Below the pieces are notes generated by a model, which made no database searches, was not told where the DNA came from, and was given only the letters and a program-made list of their open reading frames with translations. A stretch of 64,000 nt of DNA from NCBI GenBank assembly GCA_963755125.1, contig CAVWIP010000006.1:1-64000 (forward strand), read 5' to 3'. This DNA is from an uncultured delta proteobacterium (GTDB taxonomy: Bacteria; Myxococcota_A; Polyangia; Fen-1088). Both the position numbers and the translations under genes were made by a program. Positions 40,382 to 49,317 of the stretch are shown here, piece after piece. Within the stretch, counting starts at the first letter, position 1, and the number at the start of each line of letters is the position of its first letter.

Positions 40382-40499
40382 GACAGCGGCTTCTTCATGA
40401 AGCAGATCTTCCCCTTTTTCCATCATGCCCCCACTGTCAGGGTGTGACACAGCATGAAGGAAAGTGGGCTTGTTTCTCCTTCTGATGGAAGAGGCTGTC
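40382..40499. other. About 120-nt imperfect hairpin in a divergent intergenic region
   Basis: Nested pairs GACAGC/GCTGTC, GAAG/CTTC, CCC/GGG, TTTCC/GGAAA, TCATGC/GCATGA, TGTCA/TGACA around loop GGGTG. Confidence 0.55.
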
Positions 40500-40645
40500 A
40501 AGAGACACCATCACCGATCGCCTGACTTCGAGAGGTAGGCATGGACGACGCGTGTCTTGCGTTCAACCGGCGCCCGAAGATATCATCCCGTCCTGGGTTT
40601 CGCGGACGTAACTTCGAGTGACCTGAGTCTGGAGTGGTACGCCAA

Positions 40646-43600
40646 ATGATCCTGGAAGATTTTCGGGGCACGGAACGGTTCGAGATCCGAAGTCACCTCG
40701 GCGGAGGCGGCTTTGGGGTCGTCTACCGGGCCTTCGACCGTGAACGCAAGTTGGACGTGGCCCTCAAGACATTGGCTCAGGTCAGCGCAGACAGCGTGCA
40801 CAGACTGAAGCGCGAGTTTCGTTCGCTCGCCGGCATCACCCATCCCAACCTCGTCGTTCTCTATGATTTCTGCCTTGGCGGCGGACAGTGGTTCTACACC
40901 ATGGAACTCGTGGAGGGGACGGATTTTCTGGCCTGGGTGCGCGGTGGTAATGAGCCAACACTCGCGGAAACACGACAGCTGGACCCGCTGAAGACCGCCC
41001 GGAGGGAGCAACCGGTCCGGGCCGATAGGGCGAGTATCACCCCCCGCTGGCGCCACGACGAGGGACGTTTGCGTTCAACACTCATTCAGGTTGCCCGCGG
41101 TGTATACGCGCTCCACGAGAAGAGGACGCTACACGGTGACCTGAAACCGGCCAACGTGCTGGTGACACCCGGCGGTCGCGCCGTCATCCTCGACTTTGGA
41201 CTGGCGACCAGCCTCACACCCGACGAGCTGTATGACACGGTCGAACTGGATTCCTGCTGCGGGACACCGGCCTACATGGCTCCCGAACAGGTCGCTGGCC
41301 ACCCCGCGACTGAAGCGAGTGATTGGTACAGCGTGGGCGTCATGCTCTATGAAGCACTCACGGGATGGCTGCCGTTCAGGGGTACGACCAGTGAAGTCCT
41401 CGCGCAGAAGCGGCGGGGCGCTGCTCAATCGCCGGGTTGTTTCGTGAGCAATATCCCCGCGGGTCTGGAGTCCCTGTGCGTCGACTTGCTCGCCCGGTCA
41501 CCGCAAGACCGTCCCACCGGAGTCGAGGTGCTGCGCCGACTCGAAGGCGTGCAGGGAGAAGCCGGAACGGTGCTCACGTCGACACAGAACCCTGCCCCTG
41601 GATTTGTGGGACGTCAGCCGGAGCTTCAGGTTCTCCGTGAGGCGTTCGAGGTGGTCAGGTCGGGCCGGCCCGTCCAGGTCCACGTGCATGGCATCTCGGG
41701 AATCGGCAAGACGGCGTTGGTTCGCTGCTTCCTCGCCGGGCTTCGCGAAGACAACGACTGCGTTGTTCTGGCGGGCCGGTGCTACGAGTGCGAGTCCGTG
41801 CCGTACAAGATGTTCGACAGCTTGCTGGATGGATTGGTTCGGTACTTGAGACAACTGACGCGAGCAGAGGCGGCGAGTTTGATGCCCCGAGATGTCCGGG
41901 TGCTTGCACGTCTCTTTCCGGCGTTGCTCCGGGTGGATGCCGTGGCGGCCTCGCCGCCGCGTGACCTTGAGACCGGCGATCTCCATGAACTGCGTCGCCG
42001 GGCATTTGCGGCGCTCAAGGAGCTCTTTGGCAGGATGACCGATCGCAGAGCTTTGGTGCTCTTCATCGACGATCTGCAGTGGGGCGACAACGACAGCACG
42101 CGTCTGCTCTCGTACCTCTTGAGTCCCCCTGATCCGCCAAAACTCTTGCTAGTAGCAAGCTACCGGAGCGAAGAGGTGGAATCCAACCCGGTGCTGCAAG
42201 CTGTCCTGGAGACAGATGGGATCCGAAGCATCGAGGCAGAGCGGCGGGAAATCGCGGTGAGTGCGCTTTCCGAATCGGAAGCGCGGGAGCTTGCGCTCGA
42301 CCTGCTGGGTTTTCGCGATGCAGACGCGTTGTCGCGAGCAGAGACAATTGCTCGGGAGGCGCAGGGAAGTCCGTTCTTCGTTCGGGAGCTGGTGGAATAC
42401 GTGAAGGCCGGACTATCCCAGCGTGGTGTGCAGCTCAACCAGATGCTCAGTCATCGTATCTCACTCTTGCCAGAGGATGCTCGCCAGTTGCTTGCAGTCA
42501 TTGCGGTCGCGGGCCACCCTGTAGCCCAGGGACTCGCCGCGGAAACGGCGGAGCTCGCCGGCAAGGCCGAAAGGGCGCTGTCTGTTCTCCGTTCCGTGAA
42601 CTTGGTACGCAGCGGGGGACGGCACCTCAACGATCCGGTGGAGACTTTTCACGACCGCATCCGTGAAACCGTGGTGGGGCATCTCGCCCCAGAGGCTCTC
42701 CAGCAGATACACCAGAGGCTTGCTGCCTCGCTGGAGACATCGGCCCACCCCGATCCCGAGGCGCTGACGGTGCACTGGGAGGGTGCGAAGAAGCCCGACC
42801 ATGCGGCTAAGTACGCTGCCATCGCGGCCGCCCGAGCAGCCGAGGCGCTGGCGTTCGACCGAGCTGCAGAGCTTTTCCGCTTTTCACTCCAGCGGTCGCC
42901 GGACGACGATCCGAAGCGTCGCACTCTCCAGACTCAGTTGGCTGATGCCTTGGCCAACGCCGGCAGGGCTCCCGAGGCGGCGGAGGCGTACCTGAGTGCT
43001 GCAGCTGGAGCGTCATGGTCGGATGAGTTCGAATTAAAGCGCCGCGCCGCTGAGCAGCTGCTGATCAGCGGCCATTCCGATCATGGCCGTCAAGTTGCGG
43101 GATCGGTCCTCAAGGCCGTGGGCCTGAAGCTGCCGGCCACGCCTCGACGCGCTTTCATGTCGCTCTTGTTCCAGAGGGCGAAAATTCGCCTGCGCGGCGT
43201 TCGCTTTCGCGAGCGTGAACCGAGCCAGATCCCATACGATACGCTGAGACGGGTAGACACGTGCTGGTCGATGGGGATCGGTCTCAGCATGGTCGATACC
43301 ACCATCGGCGCGATCTTTGCCTCCCGCTATCTCTTGCTTTCGCTTGCCAGCGGTGAGCCCCGCCGAACGGCACGGGCACTGGCCTTCGAAGGAACCCACC
43401 GCGCGAGCATTCGGGTCCAGAGCACCGGGGCCATGGAGCTTATTCGGACTGCCGAGGCACTCGCTCAACGGATAGACGATCCCCACGTATACGGATTTGC
43501 CACCCTGATGGGAGGAATTGCTGCCTATTTCAAGGGGAATTACCGGCGAGCCCTCGAAGCATGCGACCGAGCGGGCGCCATCTTCCGCGATTCGTGCAAA

Positions 43601-44380
43601 GGTGCGACCTGGGAGTTGGCGACCGCCAACACCTACGCGACCTACTCACTATTCAACTTGGGCGAGTGGGCTGAACTGTCCGAACGTGTCCCACTGTTGT
43701 TGGATGCGGCACATCGGCGAAACAATGAGTATGCCGCAAGCCTGCTGCGCGTTCCGTTTGGCATGGTGGCCTGGCTGGCGCGTGGAGATATCGACGGCGC
43801 ACGACGAGAGGCTGAGAATGCGATAAAGAAGTGCTCGTCATCGACCTTTCAATTGCAGCACGCCATGCACTTTCTTGCCATGGAGCAAATCGAGCAATAT
43901 GCCGGGGACGGTCGGGCGGCTTGGAAGCGGGTAGTAGAGGAAACCTGGCCGGCTCTTCGGCGTTCGCTTCTCCTGAAGATCGGGTCGGTTCGATTGCTTG
44001 CGCTGCAACTGCGCGCCAACAGTGCGCTTCTGGCGTGTTCGGGGTCTGCAATCCCGCGGGTTGCCATACGGGATGCTGCCAGAATCGGTCGAATGAAGAC
44101 CGGCGGGGCGAAACCGGTCGCTCAGCTCATCCAAGCCGCGGTCCTCGTCAAGCGTGGGGATACGGAAGCTGCGGTTGACTTACTCAAGACGGCTGCGACC
44201 GGCTTTGACGACGGGGAAATGGCGATTCATGCAGCCGCGACACGGCACAGGCTCGGTGAACTCGTCGGAGGCGAAGAAGGTCGAAGAATGGTCGACACGG
44301 CTCGTGCCGTCATGCTCGCTCAGAGGGTCAACAGTCCTGCCCGGGTGACGGCCATGCTGGTGCCAGGACTTGCTGATTGA
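40646..44380 (+). CDS. Ser/Thr protein kinase fused to AAA_16/STAND-like ATPase and helical repeats
   Basis: GGGGFGVV, VALK, HGDLKPAN, DFG, GTPAYMAPE; FVGR, GISGIGKT, LFIDDLQWGD, GSPFF, FHDRIRE. Confidence 0.92.
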   Translation: MILEDFRGTERFEIRSHLGGGGFGVVYRAFDRERKLDVALKTLAQVSADSVHRLKREFRSLAGITHPNLVVLYDFCLGGGQWFYTMELVEGTDFLAWVRGGNEPTLAETRQLDPLKTARREQPVRADRASITPRWRHDEGRLRSTLIQVARGVYALHEKRTLHGDLKPANVLVTPGGRAVILDFGLATSLTPDELYDTVELDSCCGTPAYMAPEQVAGHPATEASDWYSVGVMLYEALTGWLPFRGTTSEVLAQKRRGAAQSPGCFVSNIPAGLESLCVDLLARSPQDRPTGVEVLRRLEGVQGEAGTVLTSTQNPAPGFVGRQPELQVLREAFEVVRSGRPVQVHVHGISGIGKTALVRCFLAGLREDNDCVVLAGRCYECESVPYKMFDSLLDGLVRYLRQLTRAEAASLMPRDVRVLARLFPALLRVDAVAASPPRDLETGDLHELRRRAFAALKELFGRMTDRRALVLFIDDLQWGDNDSTRLLSYLLSPPDPPKLLLVASYRSEEVESNPVLQAVLETDGIRSIEAERREIAVSALSESEARELALDLLGFRDADALSRAETIAREAQGSPFFVRELVEYVKAGLSQRGVQLNQMLSHRISLLPEDARQLLAVIAVAGHPVAQGLAAETAELAGKAERALSVLRSVNLVRSGGRHLNDPVETFHDRIRETVVGHLAPEALQQIHQRLAASLETSAHPDPEALTVHWEGAKKPDHAAKYAAIAAARAAEALAFDRAAELFRFSLQRSPDDDPKRRTLQTQLADALANAGRAPEAAEAYLSAAAGASWSDEFELKRRAAEQLLISGHSDHGRQVAGSVLKAVGLKLPATPRRAFMSLLFQRAKIRLRGVRFREREPSQIPYDTLRRVDTCWSMGIGLSMVDTTIGAIFASRYLLLSLASGEPRRTARALAFEGTHRASIRVQSTGAMELIRTAEALAQRIDDPHVYGFATLMGGIAAYFKGNYRRALEACDRAGAIFRDSCKGATWELATANTYATYSLFNLGEWAELSERVPLLLDAAHRRNNEYAASLLRVPFGMVAWLARGDIDGARREAENAIKKCSSSTFQLQHAMHFLAMEQIEQYAGDGRAAWKRVVEETWPALRRSLLLKIGSVRLLALQLRANSALLACSGSAIPRVAIRDAARIGRMKTGGAKPVAQLIQAAVLVKRGDTEAAVDLLKTAATGFDDGEMAIHAAATRHRLGELVGGEEGRRMVDTARAVMLAQRVNSPARVTAMLVPGLAD

Positions 44381-44403
44381 GCTGGAGCCGAATCGTTGGC
44401 GAT

Positions 44404-44460
44404 ATGGGAACCCTCAAAGGGTTCCCATATCCTCACGCGAAGGTCCGTGGCGAGCGAAGC
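44404..44460 (-). repeat. REP-like interspersed repeat, copy B
   Basis: Palindrome ATGGGAACCCT-CAA-AGGGTTCCCAT 44404-44428; inverted relative to copy A; overlaps the radical SAM stop codon. Confidence 0.75.
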
Positions 44461-46000
44461 GCACCGGCCTCCCACGCGGACTGGACTGCTCGCCCTCAGC
44501 TTCGGCATCTGGCACGCTCGTGGCGTCGGCTGCGGTATATAAGACGCTGGCGCCAGAGGGTGCGGTCTGTGCATCGAGACCGGCGCTGGACGTTATCCGC
44601 TGCGGCTCCAGTCCCAGCGACCGCATCTGGGTCTCATCCCATGCTTCGATCGCGTCGCCCGCCAGCAAGGTCCGTTTGGGATTGGCTGTTGGCACCTTGA
44701 TACTGGCGAGCTCGCGGGTCAGGAGGAGCAGCGCCAGCTTGTAGCGTGGCACTGCAGACGCCCAGAACTTCGTACCGACGAACTTCGCGAGTCTGAATGA
44801 GGTGCTCAAGCGCTGGGTAAGCTTCCTGTAGTGCTCAATTGTCTCTGACGGCGAGAGCCTCTCTGGACGGTGGCACAAGGTGTAGCCGTCAAAGTCTCGA
44901 ATTGTGAGGCCTGGCAACAAGCGTCGCCGTTGTCGGAGGTCCCGAAACAGCGGTGTCTCGGGATAGGGGCAGACAAGTCCCAGGTAGGTGACGGAGTAGG
45001 CACGCAGGTCGTCAAGATATTCTGGGACTCGCTCCAGGTACTGGTTGGTGTCTCCATCGAGACCAATGATCATCCCAAACGATAGGATGATTCCATGCCG
45101 ATAACAGGTGGCGATGATGGCTTTGACCTCGGAAAGACGGTTGTGTTTCTTGTTGACCGAGGAAAGCGATTCGGGATTGAGTGATTCGAGACCCGTGTAG
45201 ACGTAGCGGCATCCCGCCTTGGCCAGCAGACTCACCGTCTCGGCATTGCGCAGGATGTTCATGGTGAGGGCGCATCCCCACGTCTTGCGCAGGGGAATCA
45301 GCGCCTGGCAAAGCTCCTTGAGGTAACGGAGGGAGCCTCCAAGGTTGTTGTCAGAGAAGATGAAGGCGTTGTCAAACAGACCGAAATGGTACTTGTTGAA
45401 ACGCATCCGAAATTCTATTTCGTCCACTACATCCTTCACCGGCCGGCAACGGAATTTCTCGAAACCAGTGAGAACACAGAAACTGCACGAAAACGGGCAG
45501 CCTCGCGTGGCCTCTATTGCGGGCAGTCGGTATCGGTTCGACCGGAAGTCAATGAGGTCGTATCGATACGGCCTGATTGCGGCCGCGCCGGCACTGGGGT
45601 TGCGGTATATCTTCTTCAACCCCTTTCTTTCAAAATCCTTGATGAGCAAGGGAATGTTGCCCTCGGGTTCACCAACCACCACGGCGTCAAAGTAGTTGGA
45701 ACAGTCATCCGGGTAGTAGGAGGCGTGCCTTCCCCCGGCCACCGTCACCATTCCACGAGCCCTGAATAGCGCCGATAGAACCTTGGTGTGCTCGTAAAAC
45801 GAGTGAAGGTATGAAAAGAAGACAAGATCCCAGTGCCTGTCCAAAGGAATGTCGACTTCTTTTTCGTTGTACAGCTCGATCTCGGCAGTGGCAGGACAGA
45901 GGCTTGCAATCAGCTCGGGTACTGATGACTGCATCACCGAGCGTTCCTGCAGTTGGAGCCGCGTCGGATGACGATAGGTAGTGATTATGGCTATCTTCAT
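44414..46000 (-). CDS. Cobalamin-binding radical SAM protein
   Basis: B12-binding-like VAGGRHAS..DAVVVGEPE, TRGCPFSCSFC (CxxxCxxC), FSDNN, GLES, PYPETPL. Confidence 0.88.
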   Translation of the reverse strand: MKIAIITTYRHPTRLQLQERSVMQSSVPELIASLCPATAEIELYNEKEVDIPLDRHWDLVFFSYLHSFYEHTKVLSALFRARGMVTVAGGRHASYYPDDCSNYFDAVVVGEPEGNIPLLIKDFERKGLKKIYRNPSAGAAAIRPYRYDLIDFRSNRYRLPAIEATRGCPFSCSFCVLTGFEKFRCRPVKDVVDEIEFRMRFNKYHFGLFDNAFIFSDNNLGGSLRYLKELCQALIPLRKTWGCALTMNILRNAETVSLLAKAGCRYVYTGLESLNPESLSSVNKKHNRLSEVKAIIATCYRHGIILSFGMIIGLDGDTNQYLERVPEYLDDLRAYSVTYLGLVCPYPETPLFRDLRQRRRLLPGLTIRDFDGYTLCHRPERLSPSETIEHYRKLTQRLSTSFRLAKFVGTKFWASAVPRYKLALLLLTRELASIKVPTANPKRTLLAGDAIEAWDETQMRSLGLEPQRITSSAGLDAQTAPSGASVLYTAADATSVPDAEAEGEQSSPRGRPVRFARHGPSREDMGTL

Positions 46001-46035
46001 CTGCGAACCTTTCGAGGTGGGGGATGAGTAGGTCC

Positions 46036-46332
46036 TCAGGGATGGGACAGAGAGCGCTTCGAAGAGGAACTCAGGCCGCGGCAGGCTGGCGAGCTAGTTG
46101 CCAGCATCAAGACCGACAAGCTTTGCTTCTGGCGCGAGTGGTAGGCGAACTCGGTCTGGATGACGTGTTGAAACAAGCGCTTGTTGTAGGCCTGCGTGAG
46201 TCCGTCGCGCATCGCCGGGTGGGAGAGTTGCTTGAGGAAGGCATCCTTGACGGGCGCAGTCGTCTTGATGCCTGGCTTGCTACCAAAGTCCAAAGGCGCG
46301 TCTCCGACGCACAGCCATCTCCTTTTCGGCAC
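46036..46332 (-). pseudogene. Fragment of a diguanylate cyclase (start of GGDEF domain only)
   Basis: RDGLTQAYNKRLF..TEFAYHSRQKQSLSVLML is the GGDEF N-terminus; similarity breaks at the expected D-x-D-x-F-K. Confidence 0.6.
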
Positions 46333-46365
46333 AACTACGACCTTTCAAGACACACTTCAAAATGC

Positions 46366-46382
46366 CTCGGTGTGACACCGAG
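46366..46382. promoter_or_regulatory. Perfect 17-bp palindrome, candidate operator
   Basis: CTCGGTGT-G-ACACCGAG between divergent genes. Confidence 0.45.
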
Positions 46383-46607
46383 AATACGCATATGCCCAAA
46401 ACGGGAAACCAGCAAGTAGTTCTTGTGTAGCCCAGCTGCGATCGAAGAGATTCCCGAGATGGTGCGGCAGACGCAGAATCCACCCAGCTTGGCGCTCGGT
46501 CAAGGGGCGGCATGGAGCGGAAACGCAGTTGATGCCTGGGCCGAAGAGCGGGTACAGTGGCTGACCGAATGGGCATTCTGGCCATTGAGACGCCCAGGTA
46601 GACGGCC

Positions 46608-48392
46608 ATGACGAGAAGCTACGACAAGGATAGTGCTGCCAGTCCCGGCGGGATTCTGACCACCGTCCGTTTTCACGCAGCGGAAGGCGGCCAGGACGGG
46701 CTCTTCCTGATGGTCGTCGGTCCCGAAGGATTCAGGGCGATTGCTCTGCCGCACAAGGGGGTTCTGCACATCGGCCGCAGCGTTCAGGCCGACGTCAGGA
46801 TCAACGATTCCCTGGCTTCGCGCGACCACTGCCGCCTTCACGTGGAGGGTGGGATGGTCGAGATCGAGGACCTCGAGAGCGCCAACGGCACCTTGTTGCG
46901 CAATCATGCCCTACAACCGCGAGTCCGGGTGGAGCTTGCCCTGGGGGATGCAGTGAGTGTCGGGGCGACCGTTCTCGTGCTGCGCTCGGGGGACCGCTTG
47001 CCACGACCGGTTCGCGTTCTGCCCCATGGCTACTTCCTTGCTCGCCTTGACGAGGAATGCGCCAGTTCGGTTCGCGGCCGCTCGCCGTTCGCCCTGGTGC
47101 GGCTAGATGTCGAGGGCGAAGTGTCAACCAGCCGGTGCGCCGGGCTTCTCCCGCTATGCCTACAGCCATCGGACATCATCGGCGCCTACGGACCGCAGCA
47201 GTATGAACTGCTCTTGCCGCAAACCACGCCGGAGGCTGCTACGAAGATGGTTGCCGACCTGGGCGCCAGTTTGCAGCAGGCCGGAATTACATTTCGCACC
47301 GGCACGGCCCATCACCCGGTTGATGGTCGCAGTGCTGCGGAACTGCTCGAGCGGGCGTGCCAAGCGGTGCGCCCAGGGGCCATTCAGCCCGGGCCTGCCT
47401 CGGACATCATTCTGGTGGACCCGGCGATGCAGGAACTTCACGGCTTGGCCAGGGACGTCGCCAAGAGCAACATCAACGTGCTCATCGTGGGGGAGACCGG
47501 CACGGGCAAGGAGATTCTGGCCGAGGTCGTTCATCGCGCCTCGCCGCGCGCCCAGGGTAACTTCCTGTCGCTCAACTGCGCCGCTCTGTCGGAAAATTTG
47601 GTCGAGGCGGAACTGTTCGGCTACGAGAAGGGCGCCTTCACCGGGGCCACGCAGGCCAAGCAGGGTCTTCTGGAAACCGCACCGGCCGGCACCGTGTTCC
47701 TGGACGAGATTGGCGAGCTATCCCTGCCCCTGCAGGCCAAGCTCCTTCGCGTGATCGAAACCCGCACACTGATTCGGGTTGGCGGCGTGAACAAGCGGAC
47801 AGTGGACGTCAGGTTCGTCTCGGCAACCAACCGCAACCTCCAGCAGGCCATCGACAGCAGCGGTTTTCGCAGCGATTTGTACTTCCGGCTCAACGGCATC
47901 ACCCTGGCGATTCCCCCGCTGCGCGATCGCCCTGTGGAGATCGAGCCATTCGGGCGTCGCTTCGCCGACGAAATGGCCCGCGAGTTGGGGCGTTCTACTC
48001 CCGAGATCTCGGCCGACGCCCTCACGCTGCTACGCAGTTACGCCTGGCCGGGCAACATCCGCGAGTTGCGCAATGTCATTCACAGGGCGGTCCTTCTGTG
48101 CCGATCGGGACTGGTCATCACGCCCGACCACCTCCCACGGGAGTTGATGGAAGCCACCTTTTCGGCCCCGCAGCCGACCCGCACCCTTCCCCACGGCCAG
48201 ACCCCGCTTTCTGACTTGTCGTCGACCCAGCCGGGGCCGGCGCTGCAGCCCGAGGAGAAGCAACGGATCCTAGACGTGCTAGAGAAGACCGCCGGCAACC
48301 AAACCGCGGCTGCCAGGTTGCTGGGAATGGGCCGCACGGCCTTCGTAGCGCGGCTGAACCAGTACGGGATCTCGCGGCCGCGCAAGAGATAG
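46608..48392 (+). CDS. FHA / degenerate GGDEF / sigma54 AAA+ / Fis-HTH activator
   Basis: FHA (IGR, SRDH, DLESANGT), GETGTGKE, GAFTGA, FLDEIGE, WPGNIREL, GNQTAAARLLG. Confidence 0.92.
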   Translation: MTRSYDKDSAASPGGILTTVRFHAAEGGQDGLFLMVVGPEGFRAIALPHKGVLHIGRSVQADVRINDSLASRDHCRLHVEGGMVEIEDLESANGTLLRNHALQPRVRVELALGDAVSVGATVLVLRSGDRLPRPVRVLPHGYFLARLDEECASSVRGRSPFALVRLDVEGEVSTSRCAGLLPLCLQPSDIIGAYGPQQYELLLPQTTPEAATKMVADLGASLQQAGITFRTGTAHHPVDGRSAAELLERACQAVRPGAIQPGPASDIILVDPAMQELHGLARDVAKSNINVLIVGETGTGKEILAEVVHRASPRAQGNFLSLNCAALSENLVEAELFGYEKGAFTGATQAKQGLLETAPAGTVFLDEIGELSLPLQAKLLRVIETRTLIRVGGVNKRTVDVRFVSATNRNLQQAIDSSGFRSDLYFRLNGITLAIPPLRDRPVEIEPFGRRFADEMARELGRSTPEISADALTLLRSYAWPGNIRELRNVIHRAVLLCRSGLVITPDHLPRELMEATFSAPQPTRTLPHGQTPLSDLSSTQPGPALQPEEKQRILDVLEKTAGNQTAAARLLGMGRTAFVARLNQYGISRPRKR

Positions 48393-48480
48393 GGTCGGTC
48401 AGAGCCAGATTCATCCGTTGGCGACCTTGTCCGTCGCCACCCTGGCGGCGCGCATGGCAGGACGCATCGAGGCTACAGAT

Positions 48481-48519
48481 CGTGCGCACAAATTGTGCGC
48501 ACAAATCGTTCGCGCGAAT
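48481..48519. promoter_or_regulatory. Palindromic tandem repeat, candidate activator binding site
   Basis: GTGCGCACAA-A-TTGTGCGCAC (48482-48502) within three 13-bp units CGTGCGCACAAAT/TGTGCGCACAAAT/CGTTCGCGCGAAT. Confidence 0.55.
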
Positions 48520-48812
48520 CGCGTAACAGCACTCAGCAGGATCGGGACCGGCCCCGCAAAGTGGCGGAGTATTCCCTGTGCCAATCACCCACGACGTTCC
48601 CAATACCGTCCAGGAAGTTACTCCGCCACGATGCTGAGGCCCCATCACCCCCGGCACTTTCCCCATTCCGCCACCAACGCCGCCCATCCAGAACCCTGCC
48701 CTGACCGCACCACCACACCGTCCGCCGCCCCCGGCCACCCCTGCACCTCGTGCCCCCGCCTCCCAATCCTTGCCCAACCATACAAATCCCGTGCCACGGG
48801 CAAGCTTCCGGC

Positions 48813-48828
48813 CGGCACGGTCATTGCT
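48813..48828 (+). promoter_or_regulatory. Sigma54 promoter of the STAS-kinase operon
   Basis: CGGCAC-GGTCA-TTGCT, GG-N10-GC, 52 nt upstream of ATG 48881 with GAGGAG RBS. Confidence 0.65.
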
Positions 48829-48880
48829 TGGAAACCGGGCTTCCATCTCACGAAACCGACAAGCCAGAGGAGAAAAGCAG

Positions 48881-49180
48881 ATGCACTTCACAACCAGCAC
48901 GACTGATGGCGTGGCTACTCTTCGCATCGTAGGCGAACTGGACGCGGTCACCACTCCGGATCTCCGGCCATCGGTAGACGCCCTGGTCGCTGAGCAGCAT
49001 CCCCGCATCGTCGTCGATATGTCGGGTTTGCGGCTCATCGACAGCTCGGGCGTGGGCGCGGTGGTGTTCTTGTACAAGAAGGCCAGGGAGTATGGTGGCG
49101 TGGTATCCGTCTACGGCATGCGGGATCAGCCGCTGGCGATATTCAAGCTTCTGCGCATGGATCGGGTTCTTCAGGAGTGA
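48881..49180 (+). CDS. STAS-domain anti-sigma factor antagonist
   Basis: GELDA, VVDMSGLRLIDSSGVG (phosphoacceptor Ser), IFKLLRMD. Confidence 0.92.
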   Translation: MHFTTSTTDGVATLRIVGELDAVTTPDLRPSVDALVAEQHPRIVVDMSGLRLIDSSGVGAVVFLYKKAREYGGVVSVYGMRDQPLAIFKLLRMDRVLQE

Positions 49181-49317
49181 GAGCGCGTAGTTCGGGCTCT
49201 GCAGGCGTGAAGGCGCGCATGGAGTACGTGGGCGATGAGCCAGCGGGTGGCCTTTTCATGCGGCCTGACGCCCATGCACAAGCAGCGCAAGTGGGTCGTC
49301 TGCTGGGAGGGCGAGGC

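Noticed and set aside
48418..48906. 162-aa Pro-rich ORF
   Set aside because: Arises from the C-rich regulatory spacer; TTG start without RBS
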